Shown here: positions 1 to 12,706 of the stretch, piece by piece
Position numbering within the stretch: the first letter of the stretch is position 1
How the letters are laid out: each line of letters begins with the position of its first letter
Source: Octopus sinensis
Lineage: Eukaryota
DNA: 64,000 bases
Assembly: GCF_006345805.1 (NCBI RefSeq)
Contig: NC_043002.1
Coordinates: 22,382,001 to 22,446,000 of the forward strand
Direction of reading: 5' to 3'
The notes under the pieces: generated by a model
Told to the model about the DNA's origin: nothing
What the model saw: only the letters and a program-made list of their open reading frames with translations
The model's database searches: none
Program-made: the position numbers and the translations under genes

Positions 1-1381
1 TTTATACTCCGTTAGAATTTGTCAGCAACTGACCCACAGCGATTTCTTGAGATTTCATTATTTCACTCTCATATACTGCCCGGAACAAAATGTCATGGTA
101 GCCACGACTGGAACGCTTTTACTTGCAGATCTACTCAGCTAGATGTGCTAATCAATAACAATAGCTACACAGACAATAAGGTGACAAAATTAGTGACACA
201 CACATCGAGCAGAATACAGTACAGTACAGACCAAAAATATCTTGCTTTAACTTTATTTTTTAATTAATTTATTCATTATACGTATTTTTTTATTTGCTTT
301 TTTAGAGGGTGGGAGGGGAAGGTGGGTGTATAAGGATTGATGGCAGAGTTAGAAGACGGCCGCACTAGATTCATCGGTTCCACGACCTGACCTTAACAAG
401 GTCACTAAACACAACCACTACCACACACTGACCACATACATCACACTGTTAACTATCCTACTTTCCCCCTCGTCACCATCACCCTATCTCAATCTCACTC
501 TCTCTCTCTCTCTAGTTATCGCTCTATCTCACCCTCTGTCTTTTTCTTTTCTTTTCCTTCTTTCTTTCCTTCTTTCTTTTCTTTCTTTTTCTTTTCTCTC
601 TCTCTCCCTCTCCCTCTCCCTCTTCCTCTCTCTTTCTTTCTCCCTCTCTTTCTCTGACTTTGATTAGTGCTGTGTCTCTGTTGATTCATTAACGAACTAT
701 TTTCGATAAACACACAAAATACCAACTTTGGTATTTTCTGTTAAACACAAACACAACACACATACACACACACGCACACACACACAGGCACATGTACACA
801 CGCACTCTCACACAAACGTACATACATATACATATATATACATATATATATATACATAATATATATATATATACATACACACAGATACATATATATATAC
901 ATATAACAGAGGAATATATAATACATACCTATATACATATACACATATATAAATGTATATATATGTATATGCATGGATATATATATATGCTTCTGTGCAT
1001 CTGTGTATATACACACATATATGTATATGTATGTATATGAGTGTCAGTGTGTATATATACATACATACATACATATATACATACATGCATACACATATGC
1101 AATCACACACACGTACAAATACATACATAACTCTCTTATTTTTTCACACCTACTCACATACATATCGAGAGTTCTATGTCTACATATACATAGAGATATA
1201 CAAATCTAACCCACACTCATTCTATTGTCTTAAAACAAGACACGTGGGCCGAGTTTCACTTCCACATAGGAAAACAAATTTAAAAAAAAACGAGATGGTT
1301 ATGGCTGGAACGACTGTCATCATCACATATCGACTCAATCAGTGTTAACCTGGAGTTAAAGAATAACCAGATCAACATATT

Positions 1382-1540
1382 TACGACGGGCTATTTCAGT
1401 TTCCGTCTACCAAATCCACTTACAAGGCTTTAATCGGCCAGAGGCTATAGAAGAAGACACTTGTCCGAGGTGCCACGCAGTGGGACTGAACCCGGAACCA
1501 TGTGGTTGGAAGCAAGCTACTTACCACACAGCTACTCCTA
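1382..1540 (-). mobile_element. SINE family A 5' half (other partials: ~22280-22505 -, ~32851-33000 +, ~40470-40612 -, ~41632-41775 +, ~52770-52958 +)
   Basis: Head to microsatellite junction only. Confidence 0.75.
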
Positions 1541-2521
1541 TGAAATGGCCACGGATGTATTATATAAAAACGGGTGAACGAAAGACATACACGATAGTGG
1601 CTAAAAATTTTGTCCACAGGACCAGGAGTTTTTTTTTTCCCCTTCTTTTTTAGGTTGATGTAGTTAACTCCAATATTTGACTGGTACTTATTTCATCGGC
1701 CCCGATTAGATGAAAAGCAAAGTGGCCCTCAGTTAAGTATGAAGTCAAAACTTAAAGATGGACGAAAATATCGCTAAGCATTTGTCCGGCGTGCTTACGA
1801 TTCTGTCAGCTCACACCTTAAAATGATGTTAACCCTTTCTAATTTAGGCCCAATGCCTGAGGTATTGGACAAGAAGGCTAGGCGATAACATCAATCCCAA
1901 CAATCAAGTCCAACTGGTGCATATTTAATCGCCGCCTTGACATACAAAATAATGACGACTTAGGAACAGTTATTACAAGGGAGATAATAACTTCTTTTCT
2001 GTATAATATAATATTTGGTGGGATTAGAAATTTGAATTTGAAATAAAAATTCTTAACAAATAAAAAGAGAGAGCAGTCAAGGATGCAATGATTTTTATCG
2101 AAAATCTGCCCACTATAGTTGACTCAGGCTTAAACAAAAACAATACCAATCACAATTAATATGAGATTTACGTACATATTGTACGAGAGTTGACCACGGT
2201 ATTCATTATATCATTCTGTTTCACTCTTTTTATATCTCTGTAGCGGTTCGGCAGGGGCTGACTCTCCTTCTTAGGAAGACTTTGCTTCGGATAACTAAGT
2301 TCCTAAATATTTTTTTAGTCCCCGGTCAACAAGGGACAGTATGACTTACCACGCTACACTCGGGCACATACGCGCATACTTCTGCACATGTGCACATACA
2401 CACACGTACACACGCACACACACATATTTCAAACAGTTATAAAGAACACGGATTCTGATACTTCATCAGTTTTTTTCTTATAATTTTACAGTTATTCAAA
2501 CAGCATAATTAATTGATTAAC

Positions 2522-2687
2522 ATGACTGGCACGTGTTTCTGATGCACAGAGTAAGTACAGTTGCACAAGCAGCCCAGCATAATCTTCAATGCACCTAAAG
2601 GACCTTGAATGAAGGTGCACAAAATATTATGTTGAGTTGTTTGTGCAACTGCACATATCCTGTGCAACAGAAACACGTGTCGGTCAT
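2522..2687. repeat. Imperfect fold-back (62-bp arms), MITE-like or RNA hairpin
   Basis: 2522-2583 versus the reverse complement of 2626-2687, about 80% identical. The 42-bp spacer contains a further TGCACCT/AGGTGCA pair. Confidence 0.75.
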
Positions 2688-2957
2688 TTTATCAACAAAG
2701 TGTGTTGTATGACCAACAGTAAAATTTAAAGAAAAAATTGATGATGTACTAATTTTCGTATTCTGTAGGATTGTCTGGAATCTACACTCCTGGTAATATT
2801 CATAATCCAGAGAAGCGAACCCCGTATTACCATCAGAAGAGTTACAGCGTGATTGCTAATATTAAGCTTATTACTACTTGATGCGGTTAGTTGTAACCCG
2901 GAAGATACCTGGGAGCTAGCAGAGTATCCACCTGGATAATTTAGTCATATATAAAAA

Positions 2958-3293
2958 GGAGTACTCTGTCGGTTACGACGACGACGAGGGTCCCAACTGA
3001 TACGATCAACGGAACAGCTTGCTCGTGAAATTAACGTGCAAGTGACTGAGCTATCCACAGACACGTGTACCCCTAACGTAGTTCTCAGGAAGATTCAGCG
3101 TGACACAGAGTGTGATGAAGCCGGCCTTTGAAATACAGGTACAACTCAATTTTGCCAGTTGAGTGAACTGGAGCAACGTGAAATAAAGTGTCTTGCTCAA
3201 GGACACAATGCGTCGCCGGGAATTGGGCTCCCAACCTTACAATTGTGAGCGGAATGCTCTAATCACTAAGCCACGCGCCTTCACATATATACT
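2958..3293 (-). mobile_element. SINE family B, full length
   Basis: tRNA-like head GGCGCGTGGCTTAGTG; TGTGTCCTTGAGCAAGACACTTTATT block; 3' CTCGTCGTCGTAACCGAC. Confidence 0.8.
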
Positions 3294-3333
3294 CACCTTA
3301 TATATAGTCAGACCATCAAGCGATGGAGTATTC

Positions 3334-3383
3334 GCTACTGATGGGCTTGTAATTTTCAAGCGAAACTAATCTAGTGATCTAGC
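3334..3383 (+). ncRNA. Decayed hammerhead ribozyme motif
   Basis: GCTA CTGATGG GCTTG-taatttt-CAAGC GAA ACTA-atc-TAGT g atc TAGC. Stems I, II and III all pair. Departures from canonical are A9>G and a 3-nt insertion at the cleavage triad. Confidence 0.55.
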
Positions 3384-3703
3384 TTCGCTGTGGGCCGGTT
3401 ATTTTCCCTGTCAGTATAGGAAAATGTGCTTGCTTGAGGCTCTAAGGGTTTTAATTCTTATTTCTAGCAATATAGATGCTAGCCGGCACCCTCAGGCAAA
3501 ATTAGTGACAATTGAATTACGCACACACACACACACACACGCATATATATGCACATACGTACGTACATACATTCATACATACATACAAATATACATACTT
3601 ATACATGCACACGCACACATCCACACATACAACACATACACATATACACACGCACACATACAAACACATACACACACATGTACACACTCATACATATATA
3701 TAT

Positions 3704-3932
3704 ATTCGTTTTTAATGGTGAAACTCGAAGTAGAGTCCGGTATGCCCTTCAGATAGAAAGAGTCGAAGGCCGTTCTTGGGACTCGAATGTCTGCCACGTT
3801 AACAGATGTACTTTCGAGTCCCACAGATGGCCTTCCAGTTTCATATCGGAAGGGTTTTCGCTGAATGTTTATACGTTATTATTATTATTATTATAGACAT
3901 ATCTACTTCGAGTTTCACTGCTAAAAACGAAT
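3704..3932. mobile_element. MITE-like nested fold-back element
   Basis: 31-bp terminal inverted repeats (3704-3734 / 3902-3932, 3 mismatches). Inner hairpin GAAGGCCGT..TGGGACTCGAA ... TTCGAGTCCCA..ATGGCCTTC. Confidence 0.65.
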
Positions 3933-4156
3933 GAGGAGACAGCATGCTGAAAAGTTACTGGCTTTAAGGGTTCTGTGAAAGGCCTGGTTGGTCATCTATT
4001 CTACCAAGTTCATTTACAGAGCCTAGAAAAACTGAAGGGCCGCAGCAATAAGTCTGTGAATGTGAGAAGGGAATATGTTGAATATAATCATAATTAACTG
4101 ATCTTCCTGTATTTTCTTTTACCCAAAGCCAGGAACTTTTCAACACTCCTCTCGTA
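3932..4156 (+). mobile_element. Mariner-derived MITE (related fragment at ~17979-18045)
   Basis: Ends GCTGAAAAGTT(A/C)CTGGCTTT / AAAGCCAGGAACTTTTCAACACTCCTCTCGTA. Retains transposase C-terminal relic EKLKGRSNKSVNVRREYVE. Confidence 0.65.
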
Positions 4157-5095
4157 TACATATGTGTATATTTATACATACACACATATTGATGTGATAT
4201 ATATATCAATAAGATATATACTACATTAATGAGCAACAGAAACTATAGAAGTAATTTAGATATTTAAGAATACAGCGATAAGATACATACACAACATTAG
4301 TACAAAGGAAAAACTGGAGTAGTAAGATATATAATTAACTGGACAGAGCAAATGTCTCGATAAAACTTTCAGAACTGCACTTTACCAGAAAAGCAGCAAC
4401 ACGTATTAAACAACTTTTAATTAACAAACTTCTAATTAACAAACAAAATCTAATTAAACAAACTTGTAGACAAAACTATGCACGATTTCAAGCAGAAAAT
4501 AACACCGCTAACGCACACAACACAAATAAACTAGACAATAAACACATGGTTTAAAATAAAAACCAAATGAATAGTCATTATCAGAACGATGAAAGTATTT
4601 AAACAAAATTAAAGACATTGTACTAAACTTAACGATAAACGCGATTTAACAGCACTGAAATACTTACAAATACAAGTTCTACATACAGCTGACACAGCTG
4701 GACGCTCTCTTCTTCACTTGTCGACCAGATATCGTCATAATCGCTGAGATAACTTCCGACATTTTTGATTCGTCCTTTATTGGTGCTACAAGGGAATGTC
4801 CACATTCTTTTGGTTTATATCGTAGATCACATTCTCATTCCATGTTGCTTCTACACCAAACCAGAGGCAGCTATTTTATTAATCGTTATGAAAATGGTGA
4901 AAAACCTTCAACGAAATCAAACGCGTTATACTAAATCTAACGCTATACGAATATAACAAATACATTCGTCAGCACTGAATGACTGTCGAATGTTCTGGAC
5001 GCGAATCCTTTCTCTAAATCCACTCCCACCTTTTGTTTATTTGTACCCTACACTTTTACCTTGCCATTTCTTACCCTCTTTGTAGAAAACAGCAT

Positions 5096-5302
5096 TCTTT
5101 TATTTGTTTCAGTCATTTGACTGCGGCTATGCTGGAGCACTGTTTTAGTCGAGCTAATTGACCCCAGGACTTATTCTTTGTAAGCCAAGTACTTATTCTA
5201 TCGGTCACTTTGGCCGAACCGCTAAGTTACGGGGAAGCAAACACACCAGCATCGGTTGTCAAGCGATGTTGGGGAGACAAACCCAGACACACAAGCACTC
5301 AT

Positions 5303-5369
<67 letters not shown>

Positions 5370-5524
5370 CAGCAAGCTTCTTTCAGTTTTCGGTCTACCA
5401 AATCCACTCACAAGGCTTTGGTCAGCCCGAGGCTATAGTAGAAGACACTTGCCCAAGGTGCCATGCAGTGGGACTGAACCCGGAAACATGTGGTTCGTAA
5501 GCAAGCTACTTACCACACAGCCAC
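5096..5524 (-). mobile_element. SINE family A, full length
   Basis: tRNA-like head (A box TGGCTGTGTGG, B box-like GGTTCAGTCCC), CCTTGGGCAAGTGTCTT block, internal (TA/CA)n, 3' GCTCCAGCATAGCCGCAGTCAAATGACTGAAAC. Confidence 0.85.
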
Positions 5525-5619
5525 ATTGTTTCGCTATTTAAGACGGCAGAATATAATTTGAAGGAGAACTGGCTGGTGTTTTTTAACAGCTTTAACAACC
5601 GCACAGAGGCTTCGATAGG

Positions 5620-6430
5620 GGTTCGCATGTTATGGCGTTTATAATGGTAGCGATTGCAGCGATAGTTTTGGTTGTGGTAACGGATGGAGTGGTGGCGGGA
5701 GGTGTTAATGGTGGTAGTTATGGTAGTGGTCTTGGTGGTAATGAAGGTAGAGACAGAGATGGAGCAGTGGCAGGGGTAGCAGCCGTAGTGTTAGAGGTGA
5801 TGGTAATGGTGGCAGCGGTGGTAGTAGTAGTGGTTAGTTGTAGGAGTAATCGTGATGGCAGTGGTAGTGATGATGGTTAGTAGTACTGATAATGAGAGTA
5901 AAAGTGATAGCGGCGAAGTTAGTATTGGTGGTCCTTGAAATGTCAGAGCAATGATGATCCTAGTGATGTAGGTAATAATAGTGGTAGTCATGGTGGTAGT
6001 GTTCATAGAAGTACGAGTATCGATGGTAGTGTTAAAGGTTTCTGTGGTATTGGTGGTGGTAGATGTAAATGGTAATGGTAAGCGGCAGTAGTGGTAGTTA
6101 CTATGGTAATGCTTGTGGTGGTGGTGGTGATGGTGACGGTGACTATTGGGTCGTGAAGGTGGTAGGAATGATGGTGGCGTTCGTGGTGGTGGTGGTGATG
6201 GTGCTGATGGTGGTGGTGGTGGTGGTGATGACCATGGTGATAGTGTTAGTTGCATCGATGGCAGTAGTGGTGGTGGTGATAGTGGTGGTTATTGGGTGGT
6301 GGTATTGGTGGTGAGAATGATGGTGGTGACGTTGGCGTTTGTGGTAGTGTTGTTGTTGTTGGTTATGGTGGTGGTGGTGATGATGGTGGTGGTGGTGGAG
6401 TGCAAGAGTCAGTGGGACGGGTTGTGGGAT
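5620..6430. repeat. Degenerate (GGT/GTA/GAT)n trinucleotide low-complexity tract (similar at ~62000-62120)
   Basis: Direct inspection. Confidence 0.85.
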
Positions 6431-6587
6431 GTGGTGTGGGTACATGAAGCGTAAACGTGAAACGTTACTAGTCAATACATTGAGACAATTAAACACTTGA
6501 AATAGGTGATTCGGTCCTGTGTGTTCTCTCTCCTTCTCTCTCTCTCACTCTCGCTTTCTCTCTCTCAATCTCTAACTCTCTCTGTCT

Positions 6588-6618
<31 letters not shown>

Positions 6619-6686
6619 CCTTTTTTCTTTCAACCACGCACACAGGCATACACATACTCACATATACTCCTATATTCACATTCTGA

Positions 6687-6719
<33 letters not shown>

Positions 6720-6921
6720 CACATACATACACTCACACACACACACACGCACACACACGCACATACGCGCACGCACACACACGTGTGTGTGGTGTTTGTG
6801 TATATGTATATATATATATATATGCATACACATACATATGCATACATACATACACACACACACACATATATATATATATGTATATAAATGTATGCATATA
6901 TATATATATATTTATATATGT

Positions 6922-6974
<53 letters not shown>

Positions 6975-8598
6975 ATATAATATATATATGCATACATATA
7001 TATATATGTATACATATATATATATGTATACATACACACATATGTGTGTCTCACAACAATTTACAAAGACATTCATTAGAGTACATTATCAAGAAGAAGA
7101 ATGTCAATCGGTGTGACTGTTAATTATCTGTCTGTCTGTCTGTCAGTCAGTCACATGACTGTCTGTCTGTCAGCAGGTTAAGTATTGCAATTTCACAGTC
7201 AATCATTTTGTCAATCCTGTATGTATGCCTTCTCAATGGTATTCCTCTCCTCTTTTTTCTCCCTCTTCCTCTCTTTCTCTTTTTCTCTCTCTCTCTCTCT
7301 CTCTTTTTTTCCCCTATCTTCTCTCTACTTCTCCCTCTGTAGTTCTTTGTCTATTAACACAATTTTCGCTTGACCGATATTATTTGAGTTATCTCCCTTG
7401 TTTCTTAATTTTATACTTTAAAACCACCGAGAGGGAGAGTTTGTCAAGTAATTACAGAGATGATTCCAGCTTGTTTGAAGATCTTCAACTCACTGTATTT
7501 ATTGGACAGTACACTTTTCTGCATCTCAGAGACGAACCCTTTTTTGCAGAACCAGCAACTACTTCGGTTCTTAACAAATTCATCTTCCTGCAACGGCAAC
7601 CGAGATCTATTTCACCAAGTCACGCCACGCCTCACCACGCCCCGCCAGGAATCTCGGTCTTGCATTAGTTTTGGTAACGCCTCAGTTTTCTGCTATGTAT
7701 TTCTGACCACAGCACCACCTTAGTTAATTTTTTATCTCTCTACTAGGCTGCGGAAAGCATTTTGCCCTCAAGAATGCAAAACCCAATGCCTCAAAATTGC
7801 GTGTTTGCTCATTTCATTCTACGTTGGTTGTTGACTTTTTGCGTTTTGGCCTTTGGTGCATTGAACAACTTCTTGAATATTGATACAGCTCGAAAATAAT
7901 TTCTTATTTGGAAAAGAAAATGTTTTACCATAGAGCATTTTATAATTATGTTATGCAACATAAGCTACAATGACGGAGTATAGAATATAACATTTCATTT
8001 TATAATGTTTACAGAGTGGTTCATTGATGAAGTTGGTGAAGATCATATTTTCTCTCTGTATCTGCTACGTTATGCACTTTGCCCTCTATGTTGCATGTGA
8101 GTTCGGTAGATTATAATGCTATTATAGCATGTTAAGGCGTGAAATGGCAGAATCATTATGTGTCCGAAGACAATGCTTAGCGGAATTTCTTCCTGCTCTT
8201 TACGTTTTGAGTTCATATTTCGCCAAGGTCGATTTTGCCTTTCAGCCTTTCGAGGTCAATAAAATAAATAGTAGTTAAGCAGCTGAGTTGTATAATCGAC
8301 TAAACCTTTCCCAGTAAAACTGCAGGTCTTGTGCCAAAATTTGAAAGTGTATGTTTGATAGCATTTGGTGAGTTGGAGTTATGTGTGGAAGTACAACAGG
8401 GTACTCTTTGAATTCTTAAAGGGCACACGATTTAGAGTTCGGGTTAAATGCAAAAACAGTGACATTTACGGTTATAAGGTTCGTTTCGACAGTTACCCTT
8501 AGCCAGATTTGTATAAATGTTGCATTTGTAGATTACAAATTCCTGCAGATGCAAGCAACGCACCCAATGCCTTTTCTGGAAAGATCTTCTATAATGAG

Positions 8599-8999
8599 TA
8601 GGAGTGGTTGCGCGGTAAGTAGCTTGCTTACCAACCACATGGTTCCGGGTTCAGTCTCACTGCATGGCACCTTGGGCAAGTATCTTCTACTATAGCCTCG
8701 GGCCGCCCAAAGCCTTGTGAGTGGATTTGGTAGACGGAAATTGAAAGAAGCCCGTGATATATATGTATATATATGTATGTGTGTGTATATGTTTCTGTGT
8801 CTGAGTTTGTCCTCCCAACATCGCTTGACAACCGACGCTGGTGTGTTTTCGCCCCGTAACTTAGCGGTTCGGCAAAAGAGACCAATAGAATAAGTACAAA
8901 GCTTACAAAGAAAAAGTCCTGGGGTCGATTTGCTCCACTAAAGGCGGTGCTCCAGCATGGCCACAGTCAGATGATGAAACAAAAGAGTAAAAGAGTAAA
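8599..8999 (+). mobile_element. SINE family A, full length
   Basis: Same head, body and (GAGTAAAA)n tail. Confidence 0.85.
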
Positions 9000-10037
9000 T
9001 GCTTTCATTAGAACTCTGCATTTTGTAAAGCAGGCACAATCTATGCGGCCCATAATGATATATCAAGATTATCCTTTATTCTTAATCAAATTAAAATCCT
9101 TATTAAAAAGTAGAGTCTTTCTAGCCTACATCATAATATTCTAGTATCTTTCCCTAATATTAATGTATCTTCTGGCGAAATTGCTGGCGTTTAAATAATT
9201 ATAGCTTCTATGCTGAATTGGATAAATTTCCATTTGTTTTCGTTTTCGTCGCTTTTGAACTAGAGAATGATTAATGCGATGTTATTGAATAGATTCAAAT
9301 TAGTAGACCGTGTTATGGCAACGTTTTCTCTATCAAAGATAGTTTAGATAATATAGATAATTATATGAAACCACGTTCGACAGGATTAATGAGCGTGCGT
9401 TGGGATGAAATTTCAAAAGATCCACAAAGCAGAATGCTAGAATGCTGCAGTCAAACACACATTGAAAGAAACCGATATAAAACTACCAAAACCGAAAATT
9501 TTTACTCCTATAAAGCGAGATCAAGTCTCGATCAGACATCACATCAAGCTACATGCACCTATGGAGCACTTTTCAAGAGATGCCTGCTACATTGAGACAG
9601 TCCAAAACCCGAAAACACCACTGCACTTTCAAAGTAGATGTAGAAATCAATAACAATTGGGAAATATTACCAGCATCTAAAGAGCAGCATTAGCTAAGGT
9701 GTAAGCATTTCAAAACGTATCAAATTCCTGTTACTTCTGTATAACAGGGACGTTTCTTATCAGCTGTCATGCTCCTCTCATCTTAGATTGAATATGGAAT
9801 CACTCCGTATTGCCGATATGTTGCCAAACTCTCCTTTCATGATATCAAAAATGACCCCTTGCTAGATGATTGGCAAAAAACAATGGCCGACGCACTAAAG
9901 TCATTTTATTGTTTTCAAACATGTTAACACGTATTATCGAACGACAGAACAGAATCGCGGTTCAGGCTTGCGATTCACGCTTATATTATGTTATTTAACA
10001 TATAAAAGTCTTAAGATACTTTCATGTATATATGTAA

Positions 10038-10150
<113 letters not shown>

Positions 10151-10259
10151 CAGATAGAGAGACAGACAGATTTGGTTAATGAGAGATGGAAGATGAAAGA
10201 TATGAGAGTTTTTATTATTCACTATAATTGTTCGACCCATCAAAATTCTAATACGTGTG

Positions 10260-10771
10260 TATATTTGAAGGGCAAGACCACTAGGTGGTCGGCCGTATGC
10301 TAGAAGTAGATCACCTACGATCAAATTACAAAGAAAGGAATGTTTTCTAGAGGAAAATTCAGCGGACACCAGAACGAAACTTATTTACTGCGGATTTTGT
10401 TTCCGGGATTTTAGCACGCCAGAACGAAGACATTTGAAATTAACACCAATGTAATCGATGAAGCTAAGCACATGTCTGTTTTTATACGGAATACTGGTGG
10501 TTAGCTTTACAAATTGCATTACCTATAGAACGACCACACTGACGAGCCTACTGACAATGGATTACATAAGTGATTCATTCGTTAATAGGCGAAACCGCCT
10601 GTCTGTGAGTAAATCTGGTCTTTTATATAATTTTCATCTGTCTTGCCCGCATTTCGTTCTGGTGTCCGCTGAATTTTCCTCCAGAGAACATTCCTTTCTT
10701 TGTAGTTTGATCGTAGGGGATCTACTTCTAGCATACGGCCGACTTCCTAGTGGTCTTGCCCTTCAAATATA
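10260..10771 (+). mobile_element. Fold-back non-autonomous element carrying an HHR (probable Penelope-like pLTR derivative)
   Basis: 10260-10379 is the reverse complement of 10652-10771 (120 bp, 6 mismatches counted). The 272-bp spacer contains the HHR. The right end runs into (TA)n. Confidence 0.7.
10535..10607 (+). ncRNA. Type I hammerhead ribozyme, apparently intact core, long stem II
   Basis: Stem I CACA (10535-38) pairs with TGTG (10604-07). Core CTGACGA at 10539-45. Stem II GCCTACTGAC-AATGGATTAC[ATAA]GTGATTCATT-c-GTTAATAGGC (~20 bp, one mismatch, one bulge, G:U pairs). GAAA at 10591-94. Stem III AC/GT with loop CGCCT. GTC triad at 10601-03, predicted cleavage 10603/10604. Confidence 0.85.
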
Positions 10772-10828
10772 TATATATATACATATATATATACATATAT
10801 ATACGTATATATATACACACACACACAC

Positions 10829-10861
<33 letters not shown>

Positions 10862-11083
10862 GAAACGTGTATATATATATATATATGCGTGTGTGTGTGT
10901 GTGTTTTGAGAATGAATGATACTCGAAATAAGAAAACAAAGAAAATAATAAAGAGAATAATAAAGAGTGATGGAGATAAAGAAAATGAGGGGAAAACACA
11001 CCGAAAGGAATTTCGAACAAAACAGATGTAAATCTGTTATCAGTCTGGTTTAAAAGGAAGTTCTTTCACAAATTCAACCTTTC

Positions 11084-11104
11084 ACTTCCGGGCATGACGT
11101 CATG
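11084..11104. promoter_or_regulatory. Adjacent ETS-type and full CRE motifs
   Basis: ACTTCCGG at 11084-91, then the 12-bp palindrome CATGACGTCATG at 11093-11104, in non-repeat DNA upstream of a CT-rich tract. Confidence 0.3.
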
Positions 11105-11244
11105 ATAACGTCCAGCATATCTATCACCCCATGAAACATCTCTCAGCAGTTCTCCCTCTCGCTCTCTCTTTCCCCCCTCTCTTCTATTCTGTCTCAATCT
11201 ATATATCCATCAATTTCTTTCTTTCTTTCTTTCATTCATTCATT

Positions 11245-11308
<64 letters not shown>

Positions 11309-12124
11309 ATTTCTCTATTTTTCTTTATCGTATTTTCTCTATTTTTCTTTGGCTTTTGTGTTTATATATTTTTGCCATGTCTCTGCCATAGGTGACTTTC
11401 GCAGCATCCCTAGTCTCTCCCTCTCTCTCTCACACACACACATACACACGTACATTCATGCATACATGTACATGCACATACACACATATTCATGCATACA
11501 TACACACATACATACACATACACACATACATACATGCACACATGCACGCATATATACACACAAATACATATATACACATACATACATTCATACATACACA
11601 CATACGCACATAGGTACATACATACACACATATATACACTATACACATACATACATATACATACATACATACATACATACATACATACATACATACATGC
11701 ATACATACATATACAAACATACATACACAAATAGATACATATACATACATGCACAAATACATACATGCATAAATACATATACATACATACATACACATAT
11801 ACATTACATACATACATATACACATGTATATCAGTAGTTACTAGTGCACTGGAATATGGTAATAAATGTGTAAGCGACAATCTGAAAACGCTAAATTTCC
11901 CAAGCAAAGAAATAGGCCTGCTAACAAGAACCTTACAGATACAATCAGTTACGTGAACATTAAAAATGTGCAACACTTTCTTAAATTTCGCTTTTTGGCA
12001 AATACCATCGTTACTTTTCAAATTCTAGCAATGAAACTGTTGTTTCTTTGTGAGAATTCAGTTTCCTTTTTCAAATAAGAAAACTCATAAATAATTTTTT
12101 AAAACAATGAAGGCATACATACAC

Positions 12125-12433
12125 GCAAGAGTGGCTGTGTGGTAAGTAGCTTGCTTACCAACCACATGGTTCAGGTTTAGTCCCACTGCGTGGCACCTTG
12201 GGCAAATGTCTTCTACTTTAGCCTCGGGCCGACCGAAGCCTTGTGAGTGGATTTGGTAGACGGAAGCTAAAGGAAGGCCGTCGTATATATATATGAATGT
12301 GTGTGTATATGTATGTGCGTCTGTGTTTGCCCCCCCCACCACCACACATCGCTTGACAACCGATGGTGGTGTGTTTACGTCCCCGTAACTTAGCGGTTCG
12401 GCAAAAGATACCGATAGAATAAGTACTAGGCTT
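12125..12433 (+). mobile_element. SINE family A, 3' truncated at a family C insertion
   Basis: Alignment to other copies ends at AAGTACTAGGCTT. Confidence 0.8.
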
Positions 12434-12706
12434 CCAAATTTGAACTCAGAACGTAGCGGCTGAGGAAATACCTATTTCTTTACTACCCACAAGGGGCTAA
12501 ACACAGAGGGGACAAACAAGGACAGGCAAACGGATTAAGTCGATTATATCGACCCCAGTGCATAACAGGTACTTATTTAATCGACCCCGAAAGGATGAAA
12601 GGCAAAGTCGACCTCGGCGGAATTTGAACTCAGAACGTAGCAGCAGACGAAATACCGCTAAGCATTTTGCCCGGCGTGTTAACGATTCTGCAAGCTCACT
12701 GCCATG
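12434..12706 (-). mobile_element. SINE family C (other copies: ~1665-1815 -, ~8135-8345 +, ~23785-23970 +, ~25185-25420 +, ~25575-25760 +)
   Basis: Head GAGCTTGCAGAATCGTTAACACGCCGGGC; B box-like GAGTTCAAATTCC. The 3' end is followed by the start of a second unit. Confidence 0.8.

Noticed and set aside
5632-6496. Val/Gly/Thr/His-rich ORFs
   Set aside because: Degenerate trinucleotide repeat that is open in several frames on both strands; no splice or domain evidence.
7460-7723. Non-repetitive 87-aa ORF as a host exon
   Set aside because: No recognisable domain and no convincing splice sites.
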